Origin: Burkholderiales bacterium
GTDB taxonomy: Bacteria > Pseudomonadota > Gammaproteobacteria > Burkholderiales > JBEEJL01
Length of the DNA: 57,375 bases
Direction of reading: 5' to 3'
Assembly (NCBI GenBank): GCA_049698095.1
Contig: JBAVXA010000210.1
Span: 1 to 57,375 of the forward strand
In this document: positions 10,697 through 20,441 of the stretch, piece after piece
How positions within the stretch are numbered: the first letter of the stretch is position 1
How the letters are laid out: the number at the start of each line of letters is the position of its first letter
Notes under the pieces: generated by a model
The model's input: the letters and a program-made list of their open reading frames with translations, nothing else
Told to the model about the DNA's origin: nothing
Databases searched by the model: none
Program-made: the position numbers and the translations under genes

Positions 10697-10823
10697 TTTT
10701 CGTTTGAACCGTGCTTTGTGGGTTGAGCTTGCGCCAATCCTGTCCTATACTGAACTCATGATTTAGACATTGTCTAGTCATCAAGGCGCAAACGCTTCCA
10801 AACGCTCATTAATCAGCCTGATA

Positions 10824-10847
10824 TTTTTAACTCATTGTTTATTATAA
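10824..10847 (-). repeat. AT-rich junction repeat, copy D
   Basis: ttataataAACAAtgagTTAaaaa (minus strand). Lies 20 nt upstream of the rubrerythrin start. Confidence 0.6.
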
Positions 10848-10866
10848 ATATTTCAAGGAGACCGTT

Positions 10867-11286
10867 ATGTCACTCAAAGGCACCAAAACCCACGACAACC
10901 TGAAAGCCGCGTTTGCGGGCGAGTCCCAGGCAAATCGCCGCTATCTTTATTTTGCAGCCAAAGCGGACGTCGAAGGCCAGAACGACGTCGCTGCGGTATT
11001 CCGCTCAACGGCTGAAGGTGAAACTGGCCATGCCCACGGACATCTGGAATACATGGAGTCTGTCGGCGATCCCGCTACCGATTTGCCAATCGGCTCGAGC
11101 CGAAATAACCTGAAAGCCGCGATTGCCGGCGAAACGCACGAATACACTGACATGTATCCGGGCATGGCAAAAACCGCGCGCACCGAAGGCTTTGAAGAAA
11201 TCGCCGACTGGTTCGAGACGCTGGCCAAAGCCGAGCGCTCGCATGCCAACCGTTTCCAGAAAGCCCTGGACGCGCTCGCCGATTAA
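10867..11286 (+). CDS. Rubrerythrin-family diiron protein (erythrin; no rubredoxin domain)
   Basis: 139 aa with a four-helix ferritin-like pattern and two E...ExxH sites ([22 protein letters not shown]). RBS AGGAGA lies upstream. Confidence 0.85.
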   Translation: MSLKGTKTHDNLKAAFAGESQANRRYLYFAAKADVEGQNDVAAVFRSTAEGETGHAHGHLEYMESVGDPATDLPIGSSRNNLKAAIAGETHEYTDMYPGMAKTARTEGFEEIADWFETLAKAERSHANRFQKALDALAD

Positions 11287-11310
11287 CTTGTTGCCAAGGC
11301 GGTGAAAAAA

Positions 11311-11340
11311 CAAAGGCGAAGACAAAAATCTTCGCCTTTG
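11311..11340 (+). terminator. Hairpin downstream of the rubrerythrin gene
   Basis: Perfect 12-bp stem caaaggcgaaga / tcttcgcctttg with loop caaaaa. No strong T-tract follows, so it could be an attenuator or an RNA-stability element instead. Confidence 0.5.
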
Positions 11341-11377
11341 TCGCTAATACAATCGAAACGCACAGGACGACATTATT

Positions 11378-12700
11378 ATGACCCGCGAAGGCAGCCTCGA
11401 AGCTCCCAAACGTCACCCGCTGGATTGGCATAATCCGGAATTCTACGACGAGAATTCCGTGATGGCCGAAATGCATCGCGTATTCGACATTTGTCACGGC
11501 TGCCGCCGCTGCTTCAATTTATGCAACGCGTTTCCATTGCTGTTCGACAAAATTGACGAGAGTCCCTCGAACGAACTCGACACTGTGCCGAAAAAAGTTT
11601 ACTGGGATGTGGTCGATCAATGTTATTTGTGCGACATGTGCTTCATGACCAAATGTCCGTACGTACCGCCGCATCAGTTCAATATCGATTTTCCGCACTT
11701 GATGTTGCGGGCCAAGGCGGTCAAATATAAAAACGGCGGTACGCACTTCCGCGACAAAATGCTCGCGAGCACCGACATCATGGGCAAACTCGCCAGCATT
11801 CCCGTGGTGGTGCAGGTAGTGAATAAGGTGAACAAAACGCCTGCCACGCGCAAGCTGCTGGAAGACGTGCTGAAAATCCACAAAGACCGAAAACTGCCTG
11901 AGTACGACAGTAAAAAGTTCCGCAGCACCATGATGCCTAGCGCGCAGTGGCCGGTGCGCGACGGCAAAAACACGCCGGGAAAAGTTGCAATCTACGCGAC
12001 GTGTTATATCAATTACAACGAACCAGGCATCGGCCACGATCTGGTAAAAATTCTGAACCACAACGAAATTCCGCATGTGCTGGTGGAAAAAGAAGCGTGC
12101 TGCGGCATGCCGAAATTCGAGCTGGGCGACCTCGAGGGGGTCGCGGCGCTGAAAGAAAAAAATATTCCGCATCTTGCCAAGCTGGCTAAGCAGGGTTACG
12201 CAATTCTCACCGCTGTTCCGTCTTGCACTTTGATGTACAAAAGCGAATTGCCCCTGATGTTCCCCGAAGATGCCGACGTCAAGGCGGTGGCCGAAGCCAT
12301 GTTCGATCCGTTCGAATATTTCATGCTGCGCAATGCCGACGGCTTACTCAATACGGATTTCAAAAAACCGTTAGGGAAGGTTTCTTATCACATCCCCTGT
12401 CACCTGCGCGTGCAGAATCTCGGGCAAAAAACCCGCGAGATGCTGCAACTTGTCCCCGACACAACGGTCAATACCGTTGAGCGCTGCTCCGGCCACGACG
12501 GAACCTGGGGCGTGAAAAAAGAATACTTCGACATGTCGATGAAAATCGGCAGGCCCGTGTTCAAGGCCATGGCGAATAACTCGCCCGACTACGTCAGCTC
12601 AGATTGCGCAATCGCCGGTCGCCATATACTTCAAGGGATGGGCACCGAAACGGAAAAGCAACACCCTTTATCATTAATTCGCATTGCTTACGGACTTTAA
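11378..12700 (+). CDS. (Fe-S)-binding oxidoreductase with CCG domains (GlpC / heterodisulfide-reductase-related)
   Basis: Two 4Fe-4S ferredoxin motifs (CHGCRRCFNLC, CYLCDMCFMTKCP) and two Cys-rich CCG-type segments (ACCGMP, CSGHDG). Confidence 0.85.
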   Translation: MTREGSLEAPKRHPLDWHNPEFYDENSVMAEMHRVFDICHGCRRCFNLCNAFPLLFDKIDESPSNELDTVPKKVYWDVVDQCYLCDMCFMTKCPYVPPHQFNIDFPHLMLRAKAVKYKNGGTHFRDKMLASTDIMGKLASIPVVVQVVNKVNKTPATRKLLEDVLKIHKDRKLPEYDSKKFRSTMMPSAQWPVRDGKNTPGKVAIYATCYINYNEPGIGHDLVKILNHNEIPHVLVEKEACCGMPKFELGDLEGVAALKEKNIPHLAKLAKQGYAILTAVPSCTLMYKSELPLMFPEDADVKAVAEAMFDPFEYFMLRNADGLLNTDFKKPLGKVSYHIPCHLRVQNLGQKTREMLQLVPDTTVNTVERCSGHDGTWGVKKEYFDMSMKIGRPVFKAMANNSPDYVSSDCAIAGRHILQGMGTETEKQHPLSLIRIAYGL

Positions 12701-12716
12701 TACAGGAACTTTAATT

Positions 12717-13301
12717 ATGGCCATTACCCGCGACAGTTTGATGACACTCGAAGCCTACGCGAAGGCGCGCAAGGATTTCCGTGCCAAAGTCATCGCGCAC
12801 AAAAAAAATCGCACCTTGCATCTGGGCGAACACGTCACTTTGTTGTTTGAAGACGAATTGACTATCCGTTATCAAGTGCAGGAAATGCTCCGCATTGAGA
12901 AGATTTTCGAAGAGCAGGGCATCGAGGAAGAGCTCAGCGCGTACAACCCGCTGATTCCCGAGGGCAGCAACTGGAAAGCGACCATGTTGATCGAATACGC
13001 CGACATCGACGAGCGCAAGGTTGCACTGTCCAAATTGGTCGGCGTGGAAGACAAAGTCTGGGTGCGCGTGTTGGGTTTCAACCGCGTTTATGCCATTGCC
13101 GACGAAGACATGGAACGCGATCGCGAAGGCAAAACTTCATCGGTACATTTTTTGCGCTTCGAGCTCACGCGCGAAATGGTGGCCGCCTTGAAGGCCGGAG
13201 CCGACGTTGGCATGGGCGTAGATCATCCGAAATACCTGGTGTTGATAGATGAGATCGATCCGGTTTCACGTCAGGCTTTGGTAAACGATTTACGCGGTTA
13301 A
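12717..13301 (+). CDS. DUF3501 family protein
   Basis: About 195 aa, directly after the CCG Fe-S gene. The sequence (MAITRDSLMTLEAYAKARKDFRAKVIAHKKNRTLHLGEH...) matches my recollection of DUF3501. The start is set at ATG 12717. Confidence 0.7.
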   Translation: MAITRDSLMTLEAYAKARKDFRAKVIAHKKNRTLHLGEHVTLLFEDELTIRYQVQEMLRIEKIFEEQGIEEELSAYNPLIPEGSNWKATMLIEYADIDERKVALSKLVGVEDKVWVRVLGFNRVYAIADEDMERDREGKTSSVHFLRFELTREMVAALKAGADVGMGVDHPKYLVLIDEIDPVSRQALVNDLRG

Positions 13302-13382
13302 GGCCTGATGGTTGATTGATGCAGGTCAATTGCTGAACCGACAATAGGAGCATCTTCATACTTTTATCTGGTGGGCGATATC

Positions 13383-14651
13383 ATGTTTCCCGCGAAATTG
13401 AGTCCTGTCGAATCCACGCTTGATGCGTTGCAGGCCCGCCTGCAGCGCATCAAACTTCCCGTCGCTATTAAATTATGGAATAACAGGCTGCTGGTCGGCG
13501 ACGCGCCGGTGCGCGTAACTATTTCCCTTAATACGCCGCAAACACTGAGTTTATTCGTCCGCCCGGACATCAGCCGGTTCGCAGAGTATTACGTGCAGAA
13601 AAAAATCGACCTCGAGGGCAACGTGCGCGACATTGTGTCCATGCTTGCTCCGTTGCTCGAGATCAGCGGAAAGGCGGAGAGCAAATTAGCCACGGTGGCA
13701 CATTTATTTCGCCACACGCGCAGCCGCGACAAGCAGGCGATACAGTTCCACTATGACGTGAGCGATGATTTTTACGCACTGTGGTTGGACCGGCGCCGGG
13801 TGTACTCCTGCGCTTATTTTAAAACCGAGCAGGATTCACTTGACCTCGCGCAGGAGCAGAAACTCGATCTTATCTGCCGGAAGCTGGCCATCAAACAGGA
13901 TGAACGGGTACTCGACATCGGCTGCGGCTGGGGCGGCATGATTTTCTGGGCGGCGGAGAAATACGGTGCAAATTGCACTGGAATTACCCTGAGCGAAAAC
14001 CAGCGCGATTATGTTCAGCAGCAGATCGTCGCGCGTGGGCTGGAAGGAAAAGTCGAAGTCAGGTTACAGGACTATCGCGACGTGCCGGAAGAAAACATAT
14101 TCGACAAAATCATCAGCGTCGGTATGGTTGAACACGTCGGGACACGCAATCTAGGAGAATATTTCAATAAAATCAATAGGTTGTTGAAGCCGGGTGGGCT
14201 GCTGATGAATCACGGCGTCACCTCTTCAACCATGGACAACGACTACATCCGCGGCGGCGGCGCGGATTTTATCCAACGTTATGTTTTTCCCGAGGGTGAG
14301 TTGGCGCATGTTTCCAAGGTGCTCGACGCAATGGGACGCGAAAAACTCGAATGTCTCGATGTGGAAAATCTGCGGCCACACTACGCCGAGACTTTGTGGC
14401 ATTGGGTCGAGCGACTGGAAGCGCAACAGCAGCAAGCAGTCGAAATTGTGGGCGAAGAGAAATACCGCATCTGGCGTGCCTATATGGCGGGCTTCGCCTA
14501 CGCGTTCGAACAGGGTTGGGATGCGATTTATCAGGTCGTCGCAGCGAAGCCGCTAAAGGACGGTAGCGTACCGACATATCCGTTTACGCGGGACTATATG
14601 TATCAGGCTCCATTGCCTCCTTTTCAAGGCGGCGGCAGCTTGTCATCCTGA
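13383..14651 (+). CDS. Cyclopropane-fatty-acyl-phospholipid synthase family SAM-dependent methyltransferase
   Basis: SAM motif VLDIGCGWGG and Cfa-like flanking regions (YDVSDDFYALWLD, HYAETLWHW). An alternative GTG start lies at 13371. Confidence 0.85.
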   Translation: MFPAKLSPVESTLDALQARLQRIKLPVAIKLWNNRLLVGDAPVRVTISLNTPQTLSLFVRPDISRFAEYYVQKKIDLEGNVRDIVSMLAPLLEISGKAESKLATVAHLFRHTRSRDKQAIQFHYDVSDDFYALWLDRRRVYSCAYFKTEQDSLDLAQEQKLDLICRKLAIKQDERVLDIGCGWGGMIFWAAEKYGANCTGITLSENQRDYVQQQIVARGLEGKVEVRLQDYRDVPEENIFDKIISVGMVEHVGTRNLGEYFNKINRLLKPGGLLMNHGVTSSTMDNDYIRGGGADFIQRYVFPEGELAHVSKVLDAMGREKLECLDVENLRPHYAETLWHWVERLEAQQQQAVEIVGEEKYRIWRAYMAGFAYAFEQGWDAIYQVVAAKPLKDGSVPTYPFTRDYMYQAPLPPFQGGGSLSS

Positions 14652-14770
14652 TCATTTGCGAAGGAGTTGTTTGACGGTTTTGATTTGAACTGCGGCACAT
14701 CAGAATCTTCGCAATTGCTTAGAATAGCCGTGCAGTATTTCCCTAAAGCATTTGCAACGCGCTGCTTATG

Positions 14771-15889
14771 CTACAGCAACACCAAATTATCCCGATGCAC
14801 CAGCTCCGGTTCATCGACATAACCCAGAATCGCCTCGATCTCCGCGCTTGGTTTGCGCATGATTTTTTTTGTTTCGTCGGCGCTGTAGTTGGCGAGGCCA
14901 CGCGCGACTTCGCGTCCTTCGCTATCGGTAATGGTGATGACTTCACCGCGTTCGAACATTCCGCTTACGCCGGTGACGCCGATCGGCAATAAACTCTTCC
15001 CGTCGCCGCGCAGCGCTTTGACCGCACCGGCATCGAGCATGACTTTCCCGCCGACCTGCAGATGATCGGCGAGCCATTGTTTGCGTGCAGCGAGTGTTAA
15101 AGTTTCGGCCTTGAGTTGAGTGCCGATAGATTCGCCTTGGGCGAGCCGTTGTAATACTTCTGGTTCTCGGCCGGAGACGATGATGGTGTGCGCGCCGCTG
15201 CGCGCGGCGCGTTTGGCGGCGAGGATTTTGGTCAGCATGCCGCCGCGGCCGATATTGCTGCCGGCGCCGCCTGCCATTTGTTCGAGCGTCGGGTCGTTTG
15301 CATTCGCCTCGCGCACTAACGTCGCCGACGCATCTTTGCGCGGGTCGGCAGTGAAAAGTCCCGTCTGGTCGGTCAGTATGATCAGGCAATCGGCTTCTAT
15401 CAGATTGGTGACCAGCGCGCCAAGGGTGTCGTTGTCGCCGAAGCGGATTTCATCGGTAACGACGGTATCGTTTTCGTTAATGATCGGAATGACGTTGAGC
15501 TGCAACAACGTGCGGAGGGTGGTGCGCGCGTTGAGATAGCGTTTTCTGTCTGCCAGGTCTTCGTGGGTAAGTAACACCTGCGCGGTGTGTAAGTCGTGCT
15601 CACGGAAACAGGATTCGTATACTTGCACCAAACCCATTTGTCCGACTGCGGCTGCTGCCTGCAATTCGTGGACGGCGCGTGGACGTTTTTTCCAGCCGAG
15701 GCGCAACATGCCTTCAGCAATCGCGCCGCTGGAAACCAGCACAACTTCCCTGCCGGATTTTTTCAGTGCGGCGATCTGCTTCACCCAATTGCCTATGGCG
15801 CCGTGGTCCAGTCCCGCGCCTTCATTGGTGAGCAGACTGCTGCCGATTTTGACGACGATGCATTGTGATTTCGATACGACTGATTTCAT
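14771..15889 (-). CDS. proB: Glutamate 5-kinase
   Basis: 372 aa. Amino-acid kinase fold ([10 protein letters not shown]) plus a C-terminal PUA domain. Conserved position next to obg. Confidence 0.95.
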   Translation of the reverse strand: MKSVVSKSQCIVVKIGSSLLTNEGAGLDHGAIGNWVKQIAALKKSGREVVLVSSGAIAEGMLRLGWKKRPRAVHELQAAAAVGQMGLVQVYESCFREHDLHTAQVLLTHEDLADRKRYLNARTTLRTLLQLNVIPIINENDTVVTDEIRFGDNDTLGALVTNLIEADCLIILTDQTGLFTADPRKDASATLVREANANDPTLEQMAGGAGSNIGRGGMLTKILAAKRAARSGAHTIIVSGREPEVLQRLAQGESIGTQLKAETLTLAARKQWLADHLQVGGKVMLDAGAVKALRGDGKSLLPIGVTGVSGMFERGEVITITDSEGREVARGLANYSADETKKIMRKPSAEIEAILGYVDEPELVHRDNLVLL

Positions 15890-15896
15890 AAAATAG

Positions 15897-15920
15897 TTAA
15901 TATAAACAAATAGTTATAAT
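15897..15920 (+). repeat. AT-rich junction repeat, copy E
   Basis: ttaatataAACAAatagTTAtaat. Fills the 35-nt obgE/proB junction. Confidence 0.75.
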
Positions 15921-15924
15921 GTAA

Positions 15925-17004
<1,080 letters not shown>

Positions 17005-17103
17005 TTACCATACAGATGCAGATGCAAGCGGAAAATCGGCACGACAACTCCCGACCATTCCCGGTTCCGCGATGCCTGCAGGTATAAAAAACCGAAACCA
17101 CAA

Positions 17104-17132
17104 ATAAAAAAGCCCCGTCTTGCGGCGGGGCT
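17104..17132 (-). terminator. Rho-independent terminator or attenuator after rpmA
   Basis: On the minus strand: stem agccccg / cggggct, 8-nt loop, then TTTTTTATTTG. Lies between rpmA and obgE. Confidence 0.7.
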
Positions 17133-17153
17133 TTGTTGCGGATTCTGCGGATT

Positions 17154-17411
17154 TTACACAGCCACCACGAAAACCATTTTACGTTTGGCCGGGCCTTTGG
17201 TGACGAATTCCACTTTGCCGTCAATTTTGGCGAACAAGGTGTGATCCTTGCCCATGCCCACGTTGTCGCCCGGGTGAAATTGGGTGCCACGCTGGCGCAC
17301 GATGATGCTGCCTGCCGGAATCAACTCACCGCCATAGGCTTTCACGCCCAGGCGCTTCGATTCTGAATCGCGACCGTTACGGGAACTGCCGCCTGCTTTT
17401 TTATGTGCCAT
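17154..17411 (-). CDS. rpmA: 50S ribosomal protein L27
   Basis: [24 protein letters not shown]..., 85 aa. Confidence 0.97.
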   Translation of the reverse strand: MAHKKAGGSSRNGRDSESKRLGVKAYGGELIPAGSIIVRQRGTQFHPGDNVGMGKDHTLFAKIDGKVEFVTKGPAKRKMVFVVAV

Positions 17412-17425
17412 GAATAATCTCCCGC

Positions 17426-17737
17426 TTAACCAGAAATACCGGTGATCTGGATTTCGGTGTAATTCTGCCGATGACCCTGGTGCTTTTGGTAGTGCTTGCG
17501 CCGGCGCATTTTGAAAATCTGCACTTTGTCGTGACGACCGTGCGATATAACCTTCGCCTTGACGCTAACCCCACTCAGGATCGGAGTGCCGATTTTGACG
17601 GAGTCGCCTTCACCCATCATCAACACTTGGTCCATGGTGATTTCTGCGCCTACGTCTGCCGGTATCTGTTCTATTTTCAATTTTTCGCCGGAGATAACGC
17701 GATACTGCTTACCGCCGGTTTTTATGACCGCATACAT
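17426..17737 (-). CDS. rplU: 50S ribosomal protein L21
   Basis: [14 protein letters not shown]..., 103 aa, immediately upstream of rpmA. Confidence 0.97.
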   Translation of the reverse strand: MYAVIKTGGKQYRVISGEKLKIEQIPADVGAEITMDQVLMMGEGDSVKIGTPILSGVSVKAKVISHGRHDKVQIFKMRRRKHYQKHQGHRQNYTEIQITGISG

Positions 17738-17799
17738 AAGAAATGCTCCTGAAATCCAATGAAATCAAACTAATATTTCCGCTTTTCAGCGAACCCCAC

Positions 17800-17828
17800 A
17801 CTATACAGCAAAAGATTTTTCAGGTCAA
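17800..17828 (-). promoter_or_regulatory. Putative sigma-70 promoter for rplU-rpmA-obgE
   Basis: Minus strand reads TTGACC, 17 nt, TATAGT, about 60 nt upstream of the rplU ATG. Confidence 0.55.
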
Positions 17829-17866
17829 AGGCACCCGGACGCGGCGTATCCGGGCAAAATCAGTTG

Positions 17867-17895
17867 TTGACAGGCCGCGGCGTCCTTCCTACCAT
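17867..17895 (+). promoter_or_regulatory. Putative sigma-70 promoter for ispB
   Basis: TTGACA, 17 nt, TACCAT, about 30 nt upstream of the ispB GTG start. Confidence 0.45.
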
Positions 17896-17927
17896 GCCTG
17901 CTTTGCCGCTGGTTCCCCCTCATTCTC

Positions 17928-18896
17928 GTGAACATAGACAACCTCCGCAGTGTGATCGACGCCGACATGCGCGCAGTAGACGACGTCATACGCGAAAAGC
18001 TTTACTCCGAAGTAGCACTGATCCGCAAGATTTCCGATTACATCATTCTGTCGGGCGGCAAACGGCTGCGCCCGGCGCTGGTTTTGCTGTCGGCAGGCGC
18101 CTTCGGCTATCAGGGCAGGGCTCATCACGAGCTTGCCGCCTTGGTTGAATTTATCCACACCGCGACGCTGCTGCACGATGACGTTGTAGATGAGTCGCAA
18201 ATGCGCCGCGGTAAAGAAACCGCAAACGCCCTTTTCGGGAATGCGGCGAGCGTGCTGGTCGGCGACTTTCTTTACTCGCGCGCATTCCAGATGATGGTCA
18301 GCGTCGGGTCGATGCGCGTAATGGAAATTCTGTCCGAGGCAACCAACGTCATCGCCGAGGGCGAGGTACTGCAGCTGATGAATGTGCACGATGCCGACAT
18401 CGATGAGGAAAATTACTTGCGCGTGGTGCGCTACAAAACCGCCAAACTGTTCGAAGCCGCGACGCGCTTGGGCGCAATCATCAGCCGCGCATCGAAAATT
18501 GACGAAGACGCTATGGCGTCTTACGGCATACATCTTGGCACGGCGTTTCAACTGATCGACGACGTACTCGATTATTCCGGGGATCAGGACGAGATGGGAA
18601 AAAATATCGGCGATGATCTCGCAGAGGGCAAGCCGACTTTGCCACTGATCTACGCCATGCGCATGGGCAGTAAAAAACATGCCGACGTGGTGCGCCACGC
18701 GATCGAGCAGGGCGGCCTCGCCGACCTAGCCGGCGTCGCGGAAGCGATCAGGGCAACGGGGGCGCTCGACTATGCGCGCGGCCAGGCCCGATATGAAGCC
18801 AGCGTGGCGACTGCTGTTATCGCGCATTTGCCGAATTCAATTCACAAGGATTGTTTGTTACAATTGTGCGAGTTTGCAGTCGCACGGAATTTCTAA
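17928..18896 (+). CDS. ispB: Octaprenyl-diphosphate synthase (trans-polyprenyl synthase)
   Basis: 322 aa with two DDxxD motifs (LLHDDVVDES, QLIDDVLDY). Divergent from rplU, as in many proteobacteria. Confidence 0.9.
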   Translation: MNIDNLRSVIDADMRAVDDVIREKLYSEVALIRKISDYIILSGGKRLRPALVLLSAGAFGYQGRAHHELAALVEFIHTATLLHDDVVDESQMRRGKETANALFGNAASVLVGDFLYSRAFQMMVSVGSMRVMEILSEATNVIAEGEVLQLMNVHDADIDEENYLRVVRYKTAKLFEAATRLGAIISRASKIDEDAMASYGIHLGTAFQLIDDVLDYSGDQDEMGKNIGDDLAEGKPTLPLIYAMRMGSKKHADVVRHAIEQGGLADLAGVAEAIRATGALDYARGQARYEASVATAVIAHLPNSIHKDCLLQLCEFAVARNF

Positions 18897-18920
18897 TATT
18901 GTCACTTCTGCAAAACCATT

Positions 18921-18997
<77 letters not shown>

Positions 18998-19004
18998 AAA
19001 AAAT

Positions 19005-19028
19005 CTAATATAATCAATTAGTTACAAT
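19005..19028 (+). repeat. AT-rich junction repeat, copy F
   Basis: ctaatataATCAAttagTTAcaat; exact IHF-type core. Starts 8 nt after tRNA-Pro. Confidence 0.75.
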
Positions 19029-19068
19029 GCATACGGTTTGTGCTCAGTGCACAGAAAAGAACGAGTGC

Positions 19069-20142
19069 ATGACCAAATCCTTCGCTAAAAAATCAAAATC
19101 GGCAGATCTGCCTGCAGCGGGCGGCAAGTTGCAGATGGCCGACATCGCGCGGCTGGCCGGCGTTTCCACCGCTACCGTGTCGCGCGCGCTGAACAAAAGT
19201 GCATTGGTAAATGATGAAACGCGCGAACGCATCGAACAACTTGCGCGTTCTTTAAATTATTCCATCAACGTGGGCGCGAAAAATTTCCGCCTCGGCCACA
19301 ACCGTACGATCGCCGTGGTTGTCCCTTACGATTCCGCCACGCGGCAACATATTTCCGACCCGTTTTTCCTCAGTATGCTCGGCAGTCTTGCCGACGCGCT
19401 GACGGATCGGGGTTTCGACATGTTGCTGTCCCGCGTCGATGCCGACAAACTCGATTCGGTGGCGCAGCTTCACGACTCGGGCCGTGCCATCGGTATCATC
19501 CTGATCGGCCAATGGCGCCACCACGACCAGTTGAATGAATTGGCATCGCGTCACGTGCCGGTTGTCGTGTGGGGCGCGCAGCTGCCGCGCCAATTGTATT
19601 GCACTATCGGCAGCGACAATGTCACCGGCGGTTTTCTGGCGACGGAACACCTGATCAAGGCCGGGCGGAAACGCATAGCGTTTTTCGGCGACGTAAATTT
19701 ACCCGAGGCGGCACAGCGCTTCGAAGGATATCAACGTGCGCTGGCAAAATACAAAGTCAAGCCGGATAAGCAGCTTTGCCTGTCAGTACCGTTTCTGGCC
19801 GAAAGCGCGCGCAAGGCGGTACACGACCTTTGCCGGCAGAATATCGGTTTCGATGCGATTTTCGCCTGCAGCGATTTACTCGCCATGACTGCCATCAGCA
19901 CGTTGCGCGACGAGCATCTGCGCGTGGCGGACGATGTTGCTGTCGTCGGATATGACGATATCGAGCTCGCACGATATTTTCACCCGCCCCTCAGCACCAT
20001 CCGCCAGCCGATAGATCTTGCCGGGCGCGCATTGGTTGAAGCACTGGTTAAAATACTTGAGGGCGCGCGTCCGGCGCCGGAAATACTGCCGACGCAACTC
20101 ATCGTGCGCGCCAGCAGCGTCGTGGAATCCCCGCGCAAGTAA
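19069..20142 (+). CDS. LacI-family transcriptional regulator (sucrose locus)
   Basis: HTH MADIARLAGVSTATVSRALN plus a periplasmic-binding-protein-like sugar domain. Start uncertain (ATG 19069, or the downstream MADIA). Confidence 0.85.
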   Translation: MTKSFAKKSKSADLPAAGGKLQMADIARLAGVSTATVSRALNKSALVNDETRERIEQLARSLNYSINVGAKNFRLGHNRTIAVVVPYDSATRQHISDPFFLSMLGSLADALTDRGFDMLLSRVDADKLDSVAQLHDSGRAIGIILIGQWRHHDQLNELASRHVPVVVWGAQLPRQLYCTIGSDNVTGGFLATEHLIKAGRKRIAFFGDVNLPEAAQRFEGYQRALAKYKVKPDKQLCLSVPFLAESARKAVHDLCRQNIGFDAIFACSDLLAMTAISTLRDEHLRVADDVAVVGYDDIELARYFHPPLSTIRQPIDLAGRALVEALVKILEGARPAPEILPTQLIVRASSVVESPRK

Positions 20143-20332
20143 ACCGCCGTTTTCTGTAATCGATTGTGATTCGCCTTAACGCAAACCTCCTTCTTTAGTT
20201 AATCCCTGTTGCAGATTCGCGACACCCACAAATCCTCGCTTTGCGTGGAGCAAATTCGTTTAATTACCTGAAAGCAATGAATATTGGGTTGGCAGGGTTG
20301 ATTTTGCTGCCAGTTATGTTGCGGCGCAAGAT

Positions 20333-20346
20333 TGCAATCGATTGCA
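20333..20346. promoter_or_regulatory. Candidate LacI-type operator TGCAATCGATTGCA
   Basis: Perfect 14-bp palindrome with a central CG, about 95 nt upstream of the TonB-dependent receptor start. A weaker look-alike, TGTAATCGATTGTG, lies at 20155..20168. Confidence 0.55.
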
Positions 20347-20441
20347 GTGAATGTATCCTACGCGTGCGCTGCTCCCGTTTCCACCGCAGAAGAATGGGGG
20401 CGAAGCAAGTAAACGTCCCCAAAAACCCACAGGAGATACTC

